A DNA stretch of 64,000 nt from Gamaleyavirus NAN33P5: sequence record OZ035750.1; one strand, given 5' to 3'. Position 1 is the first letter of the stretch. Every line of letters starts with the position of its first letter. The position numbers and the translations under genes are program-made. The notes beneath the pieces are model-generated. The model did no database searches. It saw nothing but the letters and a program-made list of their open reading frames with translations, and had not been told where the DNA came from. Below are positions 50,352-59,596 of this stretch, in pieces.

Positions 50352-52913
50352 TTATTTACCTTTCAGTTTGTTTAGACGATTACGGTAGAGGGACTTAAAC
50401 CCAGGAATATCCTCTGGATTCTTCTTGAGATGTTTAACTAAACTACCTAAGTCCAGTCTCTGTAGAATGTCGCCAGCACTCCAGTTATAACTGAATAGTC
50501 CTTTGTACTCGTTAAGTACTTCGAAATGCTTATGCATACGAGGATTAACCATCCTTACATATGGCACTAAGACATCTACTGACTTAATGAGGCCCATCTC
50601 AACAAGTTTCTCTTTGTTGCGTGAATGACTTCTTAGGAAGTCACATGCCCATTCATATTCTGGTTTAAAAGTCAGACTCTGTAATGGTTTGAATGTTAGA
50701 CCCAGGATGTCGAGGATTTCCCAATATTCTCTGTCATCCAGTCCTACGTATTCCAGAACACCGATACGTTGCTCTGTGGCGTACTTCTTGAATCCCTTGC
50801 TGGTAATAACAGACATCAATTCATTAAGACGAATATCATCAATGTGAATAGCACCACGACGTTTGGCTTTGTTAACTTCGATTTGATTACGACAGACAAC
50901 AGTCTCTGCTTTCATCTCATCAGACAGTTCATACCATTTCCACATGGTTCCAATCTGGGCAGTTTCTGGTCTACCAGAAACAACCTGACTGGCTGGTACG
51001 TAGTACTTAGGTAATTCTACTTCAACAAAACCAGACTTCTCATGGAAGCTCGGGTCAGCAAACTCCCCCTGAATATATGGCCTGGATTCCCAATCACCAC
51101 TCGTATTTCGTTCACGAATAGTACCTAGTACAGCATTCAATGAAACCAGTGCATTAGTTTTACCGCCTGCTTTGGTTTTATTGGCAGCTATTGTCTTAGC
51201 ACGCTTCTCAGCAGCTATCTTAGCCTGTTCCCTGCGGAAGTTAGTTGGCTTGTCCCACTCATTATACTGAGTAAGGTCAATTACCCGATAACCCATAGCA
51301 GTGAACTTAGCTACAGCTTCTTCTGCTTCACCCTTCTTAGGTCCAACGACGTGAACAAAAGCTGTACGCTCCAGATCACCTCGGTTGTACTCAGGGAAGT
51401 ATGAGAAAGAGTCTGCACAGTCAGATAAACGTCTTGTAACTACAACGTTCTTGGTAGTGAATATACCGATACTCAAATGGCTGTTATATCTCATCTTAAA
51501 GTAGTCAGTAAGTTTACCCTTCACCAAGTCAACACTGTTACCCTGGTTCATTATGTAACCAGACCACTTAGCGCCAGTAGCTTTTAATGCAACAAGCTGA
51601 GGTAAGTGCAGATGACGGTATACTAAATCCTGGAATAAGGATGTACCGTCTGTACGAGTATGCTTAAGAGCACGCATAGCCTTACTATACAGTTTCTTAA
51701 GACCTGCATATTCAGGGCGAGCCAATAATGCCTTGTTGGATAGATTACGCCAGTGCTTAATATGATGCTTACGTTGCTTAGCCCACAAGCTAGAGGACAT
51801 ATAACGTTGAACAATTTCGTCTGTAACAACACCCAAGAAAGATGGATAGTCCCAGTAACGAGTAGAAGATTGGGAGGCATATTCTTCAATCTGCTTAATA
51901 GCTTCAGGAATCTTAGCCTTAATCTCTTTCTCCATTCGATCTACTAAATCTACACATAGAGCAGTAATACCATCGTCAGTTAACTTCTGGTTAGACAGTG
52001 TTTCACGACTAGGGGCAATAGCTAAGGTATCTGGTGCAGCCTGAACTACTAAAGTGTCAGCACCAATGATATTCATGAAGTTGAGAATAAGACCTACAGC
52101 CTCTTCACTAGCTGGACTGGATACTATTGGGTACATTACGTTACCGTAACGAACAAAGATGTTACTGCTACCCATATAGCCTTGATACCAGCTATTGGAC
52201 ATATCATATGAACCAGGTTCAAATGACATACCCAGCGTATTCAATAGAGTGTAGTCACCTTGCTGAATACTATTGCCTGCTTCTGTTTTAATGAGTTTAG
52301 GGATACTAAGCTCAGCTTTAATCTCACCGTTAAATACGATTGATGTGATGTAATGCACGAAGGTATTTACATCATGTTTACCCAACTGGAATTTAACTTC
52401 CAGACCGGATTCCTCAGTAGGAATATTGGTAACAATAGGAACAATACCCGGTTTACCATCATTCTCAATCGCAGCCTTAGCTACGTTATATACCGACATC
52501 TTTCCCTGGTTCCATGAAGTAACCTGGAAGCTGTCTGTATAAGCGAATGGGGATTTACATCCCAGACCAAAGCCACCAGTAACACTACTGTTGGACTTCT
52601 TGGTAGATGCACCATAGACACCATAAATGGAACCAATGAGTTCATCCGGGATTCCGTTACCAAAGTCACGGAAGGTAATAAAGTTGTCTGTATCAATGGT
52701 GATACGGATAGGAGTATCAGTCTTACCTGCTTCAATATGAGCATCCCAACTGTTACAGATAGTCTCACGGACTACTGCCAGAGTAGGGTTGTTATATAAG
52801 GAAGTACTTAATACGTGAAAGAATGCCGGGTCATCAGAGATGCCAAAGGCAATTGTTTCTTTGCCACCCAGTGTCGCTGAAGTGGCTGATTGATTGGTAT
52901 CTGCAACTAACAT
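50352..52913 (-). CDS. rIIA-like protein with N-terminal GHKL-type ATPase fold
   Basis: 853 aa; N-terminal 'ETICNSWDAH...FRDFGNGIP...GGFGLGCKS' resembles HATPase_c motifs as found in rIIA. Confidence 0.6.
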   Translation of the reverse strand: MLVADTNQSATSATLGGKETIAFGISDDPAFFHVLSTSLYNNPTLAVVRETICNSWDAHIEAGKTDTPIRITIDTDNFITFRDFGNGIPDELIGSIYGVYGASTKKSNSSVTGGFGLGCKSPFAYTDSFQVTSWNQGKMSVYNVAKAAIENDGKPGIVPIVTNIPTEESGLEVKFQLGKHDVNTFVHYITSIVFNGEIKAELSIPKLIKTEAGNSIQQGDYTLLNTLGMSFEPGSYDMSNSWYQGYMGSSNIFVRYGNVMYPIVSSPASEEAVGLILNFMNIIGADTLVVQAAPDTLAIAPSRETLSNQKLTDDGITALCVDLVDRMEKEIKAKIPEAIKQIEEYASQSSTRYWDYPSFLGVVTDEIVQRYMSSSLWAKQRKHHIKHWRNLSNKALLARPEYAGLKKLYSKAMRALKHTRTDGTSLFQDLVYRHLHLPQLVALKATGAKWSGYIMNQGNSVDLVKGKLTDYFKMRYNSHLSIGIFTTKNVVVTRRLSDCADSFSYFPEYNRGDLERTAFVHVVGPKKGEAEEAVAKFTAMGYRVIDLTQYNEWDKPTNFRREQAKIAAEKRAKTIAANKTKAGGKTNALVSLNAVLGTIRERNTSGDWESRPYIQGEFADPSFHEKSGFVEVELPKYYVPASQVVSGRPETAQIGTMWKWYELSDEMKAETVVCRNQIEVNKAKRRGAIHIDDIRLNELMSVITSKGFKKYATEQRIGVLEYVGLDDREYWEILDILGLTFKPLQSLTFKPEYEWACDFLRSHSRNKEKLVEMGLIKSVDVLVPYVRMVNPRMHKHFEVLNEYKGLFSYNWSAGDILQRLDLGSLVKHLKKNPEDIPGFKSLYRNRLNKLKGK

Positions 52914-53046
52914 TTATTTACTCTCCAGTTTAAATGTTGCTTATAGGAAAAGACTGAATACAACTATGGAAATACCTACGGCTGTACCGTATGTACCTAA
53001 TAATTCATTAAGTATGTAGGGTAGAGCCATGAAATAGTTGAATACT

Positions 53047-53361
53047 TCAACCATTACGTTTACCTGCCATTGCTTGAAGGATAAATACTACAGCATCAGA
53101 AATCTGATCATCAGTTGGCTCAACTAATTGTCCATCCTCATCATACATTTCTTTCAGAAGTGCATTCAGTTCAGACATACCAGCCAGTACCATTTGCTCA
53201 TTTGGTTCCAGCCATAATTTACGTTCTTCTGCTAGTGCAGCAATACACATACACAGAGAAGCGATGTTAGCTGGACAAGCAGCAATATCACCGGTAACTG
53301 CAATATCGCTAAGTGGAACAGCCTTGCCAGTTTTACTATGAATAACTTCAGGATTAATCAT
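53047..53361 (-). CDS. hypothetical protein
   Basis: ORF 53047..53409 trimmed to internal Met ('MINPEV...') to avoid overlap. Confidence 0.3.
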   Translation of the reverse strand: MINPEVIHSKTGKAVPLSDIAVTGDIAACPANIASLCMCIAALAEERKLWLEPNEQMVLAGMSELNALLKEMYDEDGQLVEPTDDQISDAVVFILQAMAGKRNG

Positions 53362-53566
53362 GGATTTGCTCCAGGTTGTGGGCAGGAATAGGGAAACATG
53401 GATAGTCACCGGTAGGATCCAGTGTTACTGATACATGCAGTGTATTTGTCATTTGGGTTAACATCAGGGCAGCATTGAAATCATCTTGGATACAGGCATA
53501 TACAATGTCACCTTTCTCACCCTCACACATTAGTGGAGTGTCTTTGATACAGTATTTAGCAGGCAT
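53354..53566 (-). CDS. hypothetical protein
   Basis: 70-aa ORF. Confidence 0.3.
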   Translation of the reverse strand: MPAKYCIKDTPLMCEGEKGDIVYACIQDDFNAALMLTQMTNTLHVSVTLDPTGDYPCFPIPAHNLEQIHD

Positions 53567-53588
53567 ATGCCCTCCTAAAAGAGTTAAT

Positions 53589-53622
53589 TGAAACCAAAAA
53601 AAGACCTCCCGAAGGAGGTCTT
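53589..53622 (-). terminator. intrinsic terminator (minus sense)
   Basis: gacctcc-cgaa-ggaggtc hairpin with plus-strand aaaaaaa (U-tract on minus transcript). Confidence 0.75.
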
Positions 53623-53626
53623 AGGT

Positions 53627-53863
53627 TTACTTACGATTTTCTTCTACGAATTGTCGTAGACGTTCCTTAGCATCATCATGTTCCTTGATAGCTACATAGT
53701 CACGTGCATAGTAATACACACACCACAAGCCAAGAACACATGCAGAGAAACGGGCTACTACAAAGAACATCTCTTCCAGGCTCTGTGCACCATGCAGTGC
53801 AAATACAAATTCCAGAACCAGGATGATACTTATAATCATTGCTTGTATAGCTAGACGTTTCAT
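53627..53863 (-). CDS. small membrane protein
   Basis: 78 aa, two hydrophobic helices. Confidence 0.35.
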   Translation of the reverse strand: MKRLAIQAMIISIILVLEFVFALHGAQSLEEMFFVVARFSACVLGLWCVYYYARDYVAIKEHDDAKERLRQFVEENRK

Positions 53864-54804
53864 TCTGTAATTGTTTCCCCAGGGATTAGTTTACGTAATT
53901 GGATAAAATCTAACAGGTTGCCTGAATACAGATTACCTACACGGTCCATAGATGTAACACCTTGTTCCCAGGTTAATGGGTTCTGGTTGTTAATGAACTT
54001 ATCACCAAACAGCATAGGAGTTGCTTGATGTTCAGTAGGTGAAGCATGGATAGGTTGGTCTTCAACCAACTTAGCGAACAACCCTAAGTCCTCTTCAATA
54101 GTAGAAGGACGGCCTTCGAAATTGTTGTAAGAAGCACGAGCACAGCGAGCAGCACTTACTTTAAGAAGTAAACCATACACTTCTGCACCACTTGGTTCAT
54201 CACGAGTAATTCGTTGATGTTTGCAGAAATCGTAAGCAGCAAAACGATCATTAGCAGTGATATATGGCATATGCCAATGCCCTTGCATGAGTTTTGATGG
54301 AACACTTTCATTATGAGCCTTACGCATTGCTTGGGCCAGTTCACGAATCTCTGGCTGTGCATCTTTATGGTCACGCAAGCCATAGAAGTTAGCCCAGCTA
54401 GTTGAAGTTACCACTACACGAATATGTGTGAAGGGTTCCAGAATACGGTTAACAATCTGTTTATGTACTTGTCCACGACGCAGTTGTTCAGCATATACAG
54501 CAGCAGCAGATGCAGCGTTATCCCAGATAAACTTAGCATCCTCAATCTCCATAGGAGTGAGTTCTTCATCTGCTTGCATACCTTTCTGGTTCTTGCCCCA
54601 GTGACTTGGCATCACTGGTTCATTACGAACCTGTTCGATGAACTTAGAGGTAGGGATAGCACGACTACTTGAAGCATTGCGGTTGAATACACGGTGGGTC
54701 ATAAACTCACTGTGAATGAATCGGGGATAAACCAATTCAAAGGTAGTAATACGAGTACCCGTTGCATGATGAACGGAATCTGCAATGACAGTTGCCTTAA
54801 TCAT
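53860..54804 (-). CDS. thyX: flavin-dependent thymidylate synthase
   Basis: 314 aa; 'THRVFNRNASSSRA' matches ThyX RHR...S...R signature region. Confidence 0.7.
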   Translation of the reverse strand: MIKATVIADSVHHATGTRITTFELVYPRFIHSEFMTHRVFNRNASSSRAIPTSKFIEQVRNEPVMPSHWGKNQKGMQADEELTPMEIEDAKFIWDNAASAAAVYAEQLRRGQVHKQIVNRILEPFTHIRVVVTSTSWANFYGLRDHKDAQPEIRELAQAMRKAHNESVPSKLMQGHWHMPYITANDRFAAYDFCKHQRITRDEPSGAEVYGLLLKVSAARCARASYNNFEGRPSTIEEDLGLFAKLVEDQPIHASPTEHQATPMLFGDKFINNQNPLTWEQGVTSMDRVGNLYSGNLLDFIQLRKLIPGETITE

Positions 54805-55247
54805 TAGAATGACCTTAGATAGTTGGTGATACCACTACGGCTTTCTGTAATCTTCTTGGCCTGAACATATACCAGCTTAAACTCACTACGTGGTAGTTCC
54901 TGTAATACTGCTATACCTTCAGTAAGAGCCACAGAACATGCTACAGCGGTTTCTTTTTTAAAGGAGTACAAGTCTTCATATATGAGGGACTCATACTCTT
55001 TGCGGAGCATACAGAGAGCATCTCTTGCCTTATCACTTACTTCTTGTGAACCAGCAGACATAGCTAAGCTGTATATGATAAAGACTTGTTCGAAAACAAA
55101 GTCCAGTAATCTATCAGGGTTGCTAGTCCCCATGAATAATTTTGTTGCGTAGGAACGGGCTTTACGGTTGAGTTCGTACTCATCCTCTATGCCTTTATTA
55201 TAAAGAACAGGACTTCGTTCCCTTTTTCTTAGGAATGGGATACGCAT
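54804..55247 (-). CDS. hypothetical protein
   Basis: 147-aa ORF. Confidence 0.3.
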   Translation of the reverse strand: MRIPFLRKRERSPVLYNKGIEDEYELNRKARSYATKLFMGTSNPDRLLDFVFEQVFIIYSLAMSAGSQEVSDKARDALCMLRKEYESLIYEDLYSFKKETAVACSVALTEGIAVLQELPRSEFKLVYVQAKKITESRSGITNYLRSF

Positions 55248-55633
55248 TAGTATTTACTACTTCTTCTATACCAAGGGTAATGGTGGGTAGTGCTCTTGCC
55301 TTTGAACACATCCTTGGTATATGGATTTTTTTGTATTTGAGCCAGGTAAAGATACATGTCGTTATAACACGGACTAAGCCAGAACTTATCTATGATTCGG
55401 TATACCTTAGATTTCAGATGAGGTTCAGGAGGGATGTATGGGAAAACATTAAATGATCTACTAGTCCATCCTTTCTGAATAAGAACTTGCATTGCTGCAT
55501 AAACATCAGAGTTAATCCCATTATTTTCCACCAGGTCATGCATAGTTTTACCTAAAGTAAGCATTGCAGTTTGTTCCAGTTTACTTAAGTCCAGTCCATA
55601 TAAGATAGACTTACCATTTTGTCTGTTTGACAT
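55247..55633 (-). CDS. hypothetical protein
   Basis: 128-aa ORF. Confidence 0.3.
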   Translation of the reverse strand: MSNRQNGKSILYGLDLSKLEQTAMLTLGKTMHDLVENNGINSDVYAAMQVLIQKGWTSRSFNVFPYIPPEPHLKSKVYRIIDKFWLSPCYNDMYLYLAQIQKNPYTKDVFKGKSTTHHYPWYRRSSKY

Positions 55634-55650
55634 AAGAGTACCTGTAATTA

Positions 55651-55676
55651 AAAAAGCCCACGGGTTAGGTGGGCTT
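55651..55676 (-). terminator. intrinsic terminator (minus sense)
   Basis: gcccac-gggttag-gtgggc hairpin preceded on plus strand by aaaaa. Confidence 0.6.
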
Positions 55677-55750
55677 GGATTAGGAGATGGATAAGCAATG
55701 AGCTGGAAGTAACTTCCACAAGCACCACCATATAATGATGCTTAGGTTAG

Positions 55751-56029
55751 TTACTCTGCTTTACTGTCACCATTGGTTTGAACAACAGTTACATTTGTAA
55801 CTTGGTTCTGACCTTTGTTAGACAATGACCAGATCAGTGCTACTACCCAGAAGATTAAAGACCAGCCTAATACGATATTGAGTACACCAATACCCCACTT
55901 AGAGGCATGGCCTCGTGCAAAAGCAATGATAGTAGGGATAAGGTATACAGCTAATATGAATAAGAAAACAAGGATTGCTGCTAAAGATTCCATGATGGTT
56001 CCTATGTGAGGTTTAGTTAGTTTCTTCAC
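55751..56029 (-). CDS. small membrane protein
   Basis: 92 aa with two predicted TM helices. Confidence 0.35.
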   Translation of the reverse strand: MKKLTKPHIGTIMESLAAILVFLFILAVYLIPTIIAFARGHASKWGIGVLNIVLGWSLIFWVVALIWSLSNKGQNQVTNVTVVQTNGDSKAE

Positions 56030-56066
56030 AAATAGCCCAACTATGCCGGGCTATTTAGGCAGCTAC

Positions 56067-56273
56067 TTACTCAGCATCTTTGCTTGCAGGAGCAAGAGCT
56101 TTCTTCAGGTAATTACGTACTGAACGATAGGTTTCTTTGGTAATTACTACATCACCACCTACGGTAGTAATAGCAGAGTTACCTGCGGTAAGTTCTTGTA
56201 CTGCAATCACTTGGTTCGCATTAATGGTCAGGCGAATACCAATACTTTCTTGAGTTACTTGAAATACTGACAT
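56067..56273 (-). CDS. hypothetical protein
   Basis: 68-aa ORF. Confidence 0.3.
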   Translation of the reverse strand: MSVFQVTQESIGIRLTINANQVIAVQELTAGNSAITTVGGDVVITKETYRSVRNYLKKALAPASKDAE

Positions 56274-56303
56274 ATTGTTTCCTTGATTAAGCCGGATAGC
56301 CTT

Positions 56304-56810
56304 TTATTTTGAAGGTCTAGCAGCTACTGGTTTGTTTTCCTGGTTATTGTACTTGCCAGTATATGTGGCAGGTTCTTGAACCAGATGAAATAATACTTGA
56401 GCTATCCCAGCACCAGCCGGGATATGCAGCTTCTTACGACCATGATAGACCAGTTCGAGGGTAAGATACCCTTTCCATCCTGGTTCTATTACAGTATTAA
56501 ATACAGATAATGCACGTCTTGCCCATGTGGATTTATCGTGAACGATAGCTACACAGGATGGAGACATGTTGAACTTCTCAATTGCTGAAGCCAATGCGAA
56601 TTTACCGAAATGGCGTGATACTTGTTTTCCATCAACGATTTTCACCATTGGAATCAACCCAAATAAGCGATAGAAGGTGATGTCTTGTTTGATACGAATA
56701 TCATATCCAGCTTCGCCCAACCCATAGCTTACACCATGCTCGGATACCTTACGGTCTGGGACATCCAGCAATTGAGATGAACGGTATAGAGAATTACCAT
56801 TAACAACCAT
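56304..56810 (-). CDS. dCTP deaminase / dUTPase-superfamily enzyme
   Basis: 168 aa; 'GYDIR' and 'GWKGYLTLELVYHG...IAQVLF' resemble dCTP deaminase motifs. Confidence 0.7.
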   Translation of the reverse strand: MVVNGNSLYRSSQLLDVPDRKVSEHGVSYGLGEAGYDIRIKQDITFYRLFGLIPMVKIVDGKQVSRHFGKFALASAIEKFNMSPSCVAIVHDKSTWARRALSVFNTVIEPGWKGYLTLELVYHGRKKLHIPAGAGIAQVLFHLVQEPATYTGKYNNQENKPVAARPSK

Positions 56811-57985
56811 TATTTCATTCCTTTAGGGATATGAACTACCTCCCCAAAAGGTACGGTAGCATTAGGATTATTCAGAACACACCAGATGATAGGGATATCA
56901 AATGGTAATTCTTCCATAGGACGAACATACATATCGGAGAATATGATTGCAGCGGTTGGCTTATTCTTAATAATCCATTCACGCACTGGTTCAAGGTTTG
57001 TACCACCACGACCAGTAATCTTAATCTCTTCAAAAGTATCTTCTTCAGTGATGTCCATCTCTTCTTGGATAATATCGTCGAAGGTAATTAAGGACATCTT
57101 CTTAGGATTGAACTGGCTCTTAACGTAGGCAACCTCTGAGTTAAAACGCAGAGAGTCAGCACTACTAATAGAACCAGATACATCCTCAAAGTAAGCTAAG
57201 TGTCGTAAGCGTCCTTCATCATCTTCCAGAGAAGGTAGATAGATGTCAGTGAAACGACGGTTAGGTCTGGCCCATGTATAGTGTGAGTCATCAATGTCGG
57301 TAAAGAAGTTCAGTAGGACTTCCTGCCAAGGAACCACTGGTTTAAGGAATTGGGTAATAACCTCTTCCATACGACCAGCACCCTTACCAGGCATCATTCC
57401 ACCAGCCATCTTCTGGCTTTGCATTGCACGTACTACGTTGTTGACAACAGCACCCTGGGACTGCCCCGAAGAGGGAGCTTTCATGTCGCCAGCAAGACCT
57501 GCTCCAGCACCCCCTGACGGCTTCTGCCTTTTCTGAGGGTTCTTCATCAGGTCATCGTAGATGTCTTCTTCAACCCATCCTTTATATTGAGGGTCTTTGC
57601 AAATGCCTTTATCGATACCAGTGAACTTGTAACCATCTTCCTCTAACTGAAGATTAATGAAGTGATCACATGCCTGGTTCCAGACTTCCGGGTCACGGCT
57701 TCCACAACGGATGCCATGGAGATATGCCACATGCCAGAGTTCGTGCATTAGTACTGTTTCTCTTGCATCGGGACACATCCAGACAAAGAAGTCTGGGTTG
57801 AAATGGAGTTCTATCCCATCAGTACATGCAGTGGGGCAGTCTTCACGTTTCCATGAGAACTTAAGACTACACAGCAATGAACCAAAAAATGCAGCAGAGC
57901 GTCCAAGGAATGCATTAGCCTGAATACGGTCATACTCACGCATGAGTTGTTCATCACTAAGTGTGTGCTGAGGTATCTGGTTCAT
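56810..57985 (-). CDS. VWA-like/putative metallopeptidase (DUF2201-like) protein, partner of MoxR-type ATPase
   Basis: 391 aa; HExxH 'HELWHVAYLHG' in N-terminal half; immediately downstream of split AAA+ ATPase gene. Confidence 0.55.
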   Translation of the reverse strand: MNQIPQHTLSDEQLMREYDRIQANAFLGRSAAFFGSLLCSLKFSWKREDCPTACTDGIELHFNPDFFVWMCPDARETVLMHELWHVAYLHGIRCGSRDPEVWNQACDHFINLQLEEDGYKFTGIDKGICKDPQYKGWVEEDIYDDLMKNPQKRQKPSGGAGAGLAGDMKAPSSGQSQGAVVNNVVRAMQSQKMAGGMMPGKGAGRMEEVITQFLKPVVPWQEVLLNFFTDIDDSHYTWARPNRRFTDIYLPSLEDDEGRLRHLAYFEDVSGSISSADSLRFNSEVAYVKSQFNPKKMSLITFDDIIQEEMDITEEDTFEEIKITGRGGTNLEPVREWIIKNKPTAAIIFSDMYVRPMEELPFDIPIIWCVLNNPNATVPFGEVVHIPKGMK

Positions 57986-57992
57986 GTTGTGA

Positions 57993-58398
57993 TTATCCGT
58001 GAATGTAACGAGAGATGTTGGCAGCAGCCTTACGCCATTCAGGGGTAGCCTGAATTTCTGGTAATGCTTTACCTACTGTACGGAAGTACAGAATCTTATG
58101 GGTGAACGTTTTAAAGCGTTCAATATACTGAAGTACATCAGCGAAGTTATCTTCAGTAGTCTTGTTAGCCAAATGGTTAACGGTAGCCCAACACAGGTTA
58201 TTATCTTCCGGTAGTACACAGCCCAAAGGGTCTTTAACTACCTTCTCAATCGTAATCATACGATTGTATACCTGAGTGAACTGAACAAATTCTGTAGCTT
58301 TACCGGCAGTAACGTGGCCTGCATAGTAGATAGAATCTTCATCAGGCAGAGCACCTTCCGGTCGGTTCTTAAGGTCTTTGTTAACAAAGTCCCAAGTC
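57993..58398 (-). CDS. MoxR-like AAA+ ATPase, exon 3 (C-terminal part)
   Basis: Frame continues from inferred 3' splice site (about 58399); ORF-track fragment 57993..58421 starts at a TTG inside the intron. Confidence 0.5.
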
Positions 58399-59261
58399 GT
58401 GATATTCGACGTAGTTCGCAAGACTACGCCCGTTCTCTTATGAACTGCTGCATGTCACCATGCAGACTAGACTATATCAACACCCTTAGCATTACCTGTA
58501 GGGTGGCTACCATTTCGAGCATCATTAGCTTATGCTCTACTCCCTCCCGGGATAGTCGTTGGACATTTATGGAAGTCAGAAATTACGTTTACGTCTAGTA
58601 TCCCCAATTGAGTCCAGATAGGCATCTACGGCTTTAGCAGCAGCTACCTCATCTTTAAACTGTTTGTAGAATACTACCTTGTAATTATCTTTAACCTTGG
58701 CTTCGTAATAAGTGTAAATTTTATCTTTATACTTACTACGACGTATGTGCACATTATGGTACACAGACTTACCTGGTTTAGGGGCTAGCCCAGTTTTATG
58801 AGCATGGAGATTATTGTCTTGTGTGGTGCATGGTTCCAGGTTGTCTTCATGGTTATTCTCCTTATTACCATCTAAGTGGTTAACAGGATCACCATACTTA
58901 AAGCCTGGTTTAAATGCTGCACAAACGAGTTGATGAATAGTTTTCTTATGGGTCTTCCCATCTTTGTACATAGAGGCATACAGATAGCCTAATCGGTTCT
59001 TGTTAAGTGCCCTGATAAGGGGCTTAACTTCTCTGTACTTATTTACAGATTGGCGTGACTCATGCTTACGGTATTTACCTGTATTAGATACTTGGTATAA
59101 ACCTTCAAATTCAACAACATCTTTCCAAATCTCACTCATGCTGACTCCCAATTTAGTAACGGATTGACTTTTACATATTACCTTTAGGCAACAGAAAGTA
59201 AAGTGTTTCCCGTTTTAGGCAGCTTTAGACAGGGAATTACTCCCCTGAATCGCAGTGTGTT
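58399..59261 (-). mobile_element. group-I-like intron B carrying HNH homing endonuclease ORF (boundaries approximate, 5' end uncertain)
   Basis: Interrupts ATPase ORF; contains HNH ORF 58576..59151 and a conserved about 150-nt core shared with intron A. Confidence 0.5.
58576..59151 (-). CDS. intron-encoded HNH homing endonuclease (NUMOD4-like N-terminus)
   Basis: 191 aa; 'EIWKDVVEFEGLYQVSNTGK' and 'HQLVCAAF...VNHLDGNKENNHEDNLE' HNH motif; TTG start in track. Confidence 0.75.
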   Translation of the reverse strand: MGVSMSEIWKDVVEFEGLYQVSNTGKYRKHESRQSVNKYREVKPLIRALNKNRLGYLYASMYKDGKTHKKTIHQLVCAAFKPGFKYGDPVNHLDGNKENNHEDNLEPCTTQDNNLHAHKTGLAPKPGKSVYHNVHIRRSKYKDKIYTYYEAKVKDNYKVVFYKQFKDEVAAAKAVDAYLDSIGDTRRKRNF

Positions 59262-59596
59262 TACGAGGACAACAGAATGTCTTGTTCTTATGGGCAGGGT
59301 CGAAGTCGTGCAGATAGCCAGGGTTAGCATGTAAGAATGCAACCAGACGCTCATCCCATTCTTGTGGAATCATTACGTCTTCAACAAAGATGTCGAAGTT
59401 AAGTTCCATTTCGAAGTGGACAACACGAGACTGCATTGCAGTACCCAGTGGGTTAACGATGGCTCGGTCAGTAGCTTTGTTACCGGCACAGATAATCATC
59501 ACATTAGGGTGAAGTTTTTTCTGTCCAGTCATACGGTCTAGAATCAGTTTGTATGCAGCAGCTACTACTTCTTTCTTAGCTGAGTTGAATTCGTCG
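59262..59596 (-). CDS. MoxR-like AAA+ ATPase, exon 2 (Walker B / sensor region)
   Basis: Begins 'DEFNSAKK...MIICAGNKATDRAIVNPLGTAMQSRVVHFEM'; joins exon 1 to give 'GWLLFLDEFNSA' Walker B; 3' boundary approximate. Confidence 0.5.

Noticed and set aside
57981-58422. Apparent 1-3 nt disagreement between my base counting and ORF-track coordinates for two minus-strand ORFs
   Set aside because: Most likely my own counting or reading error rather than a real frameshift; ORF-track coordinates were kept and hand-derived coordinates should be treated as approximate.
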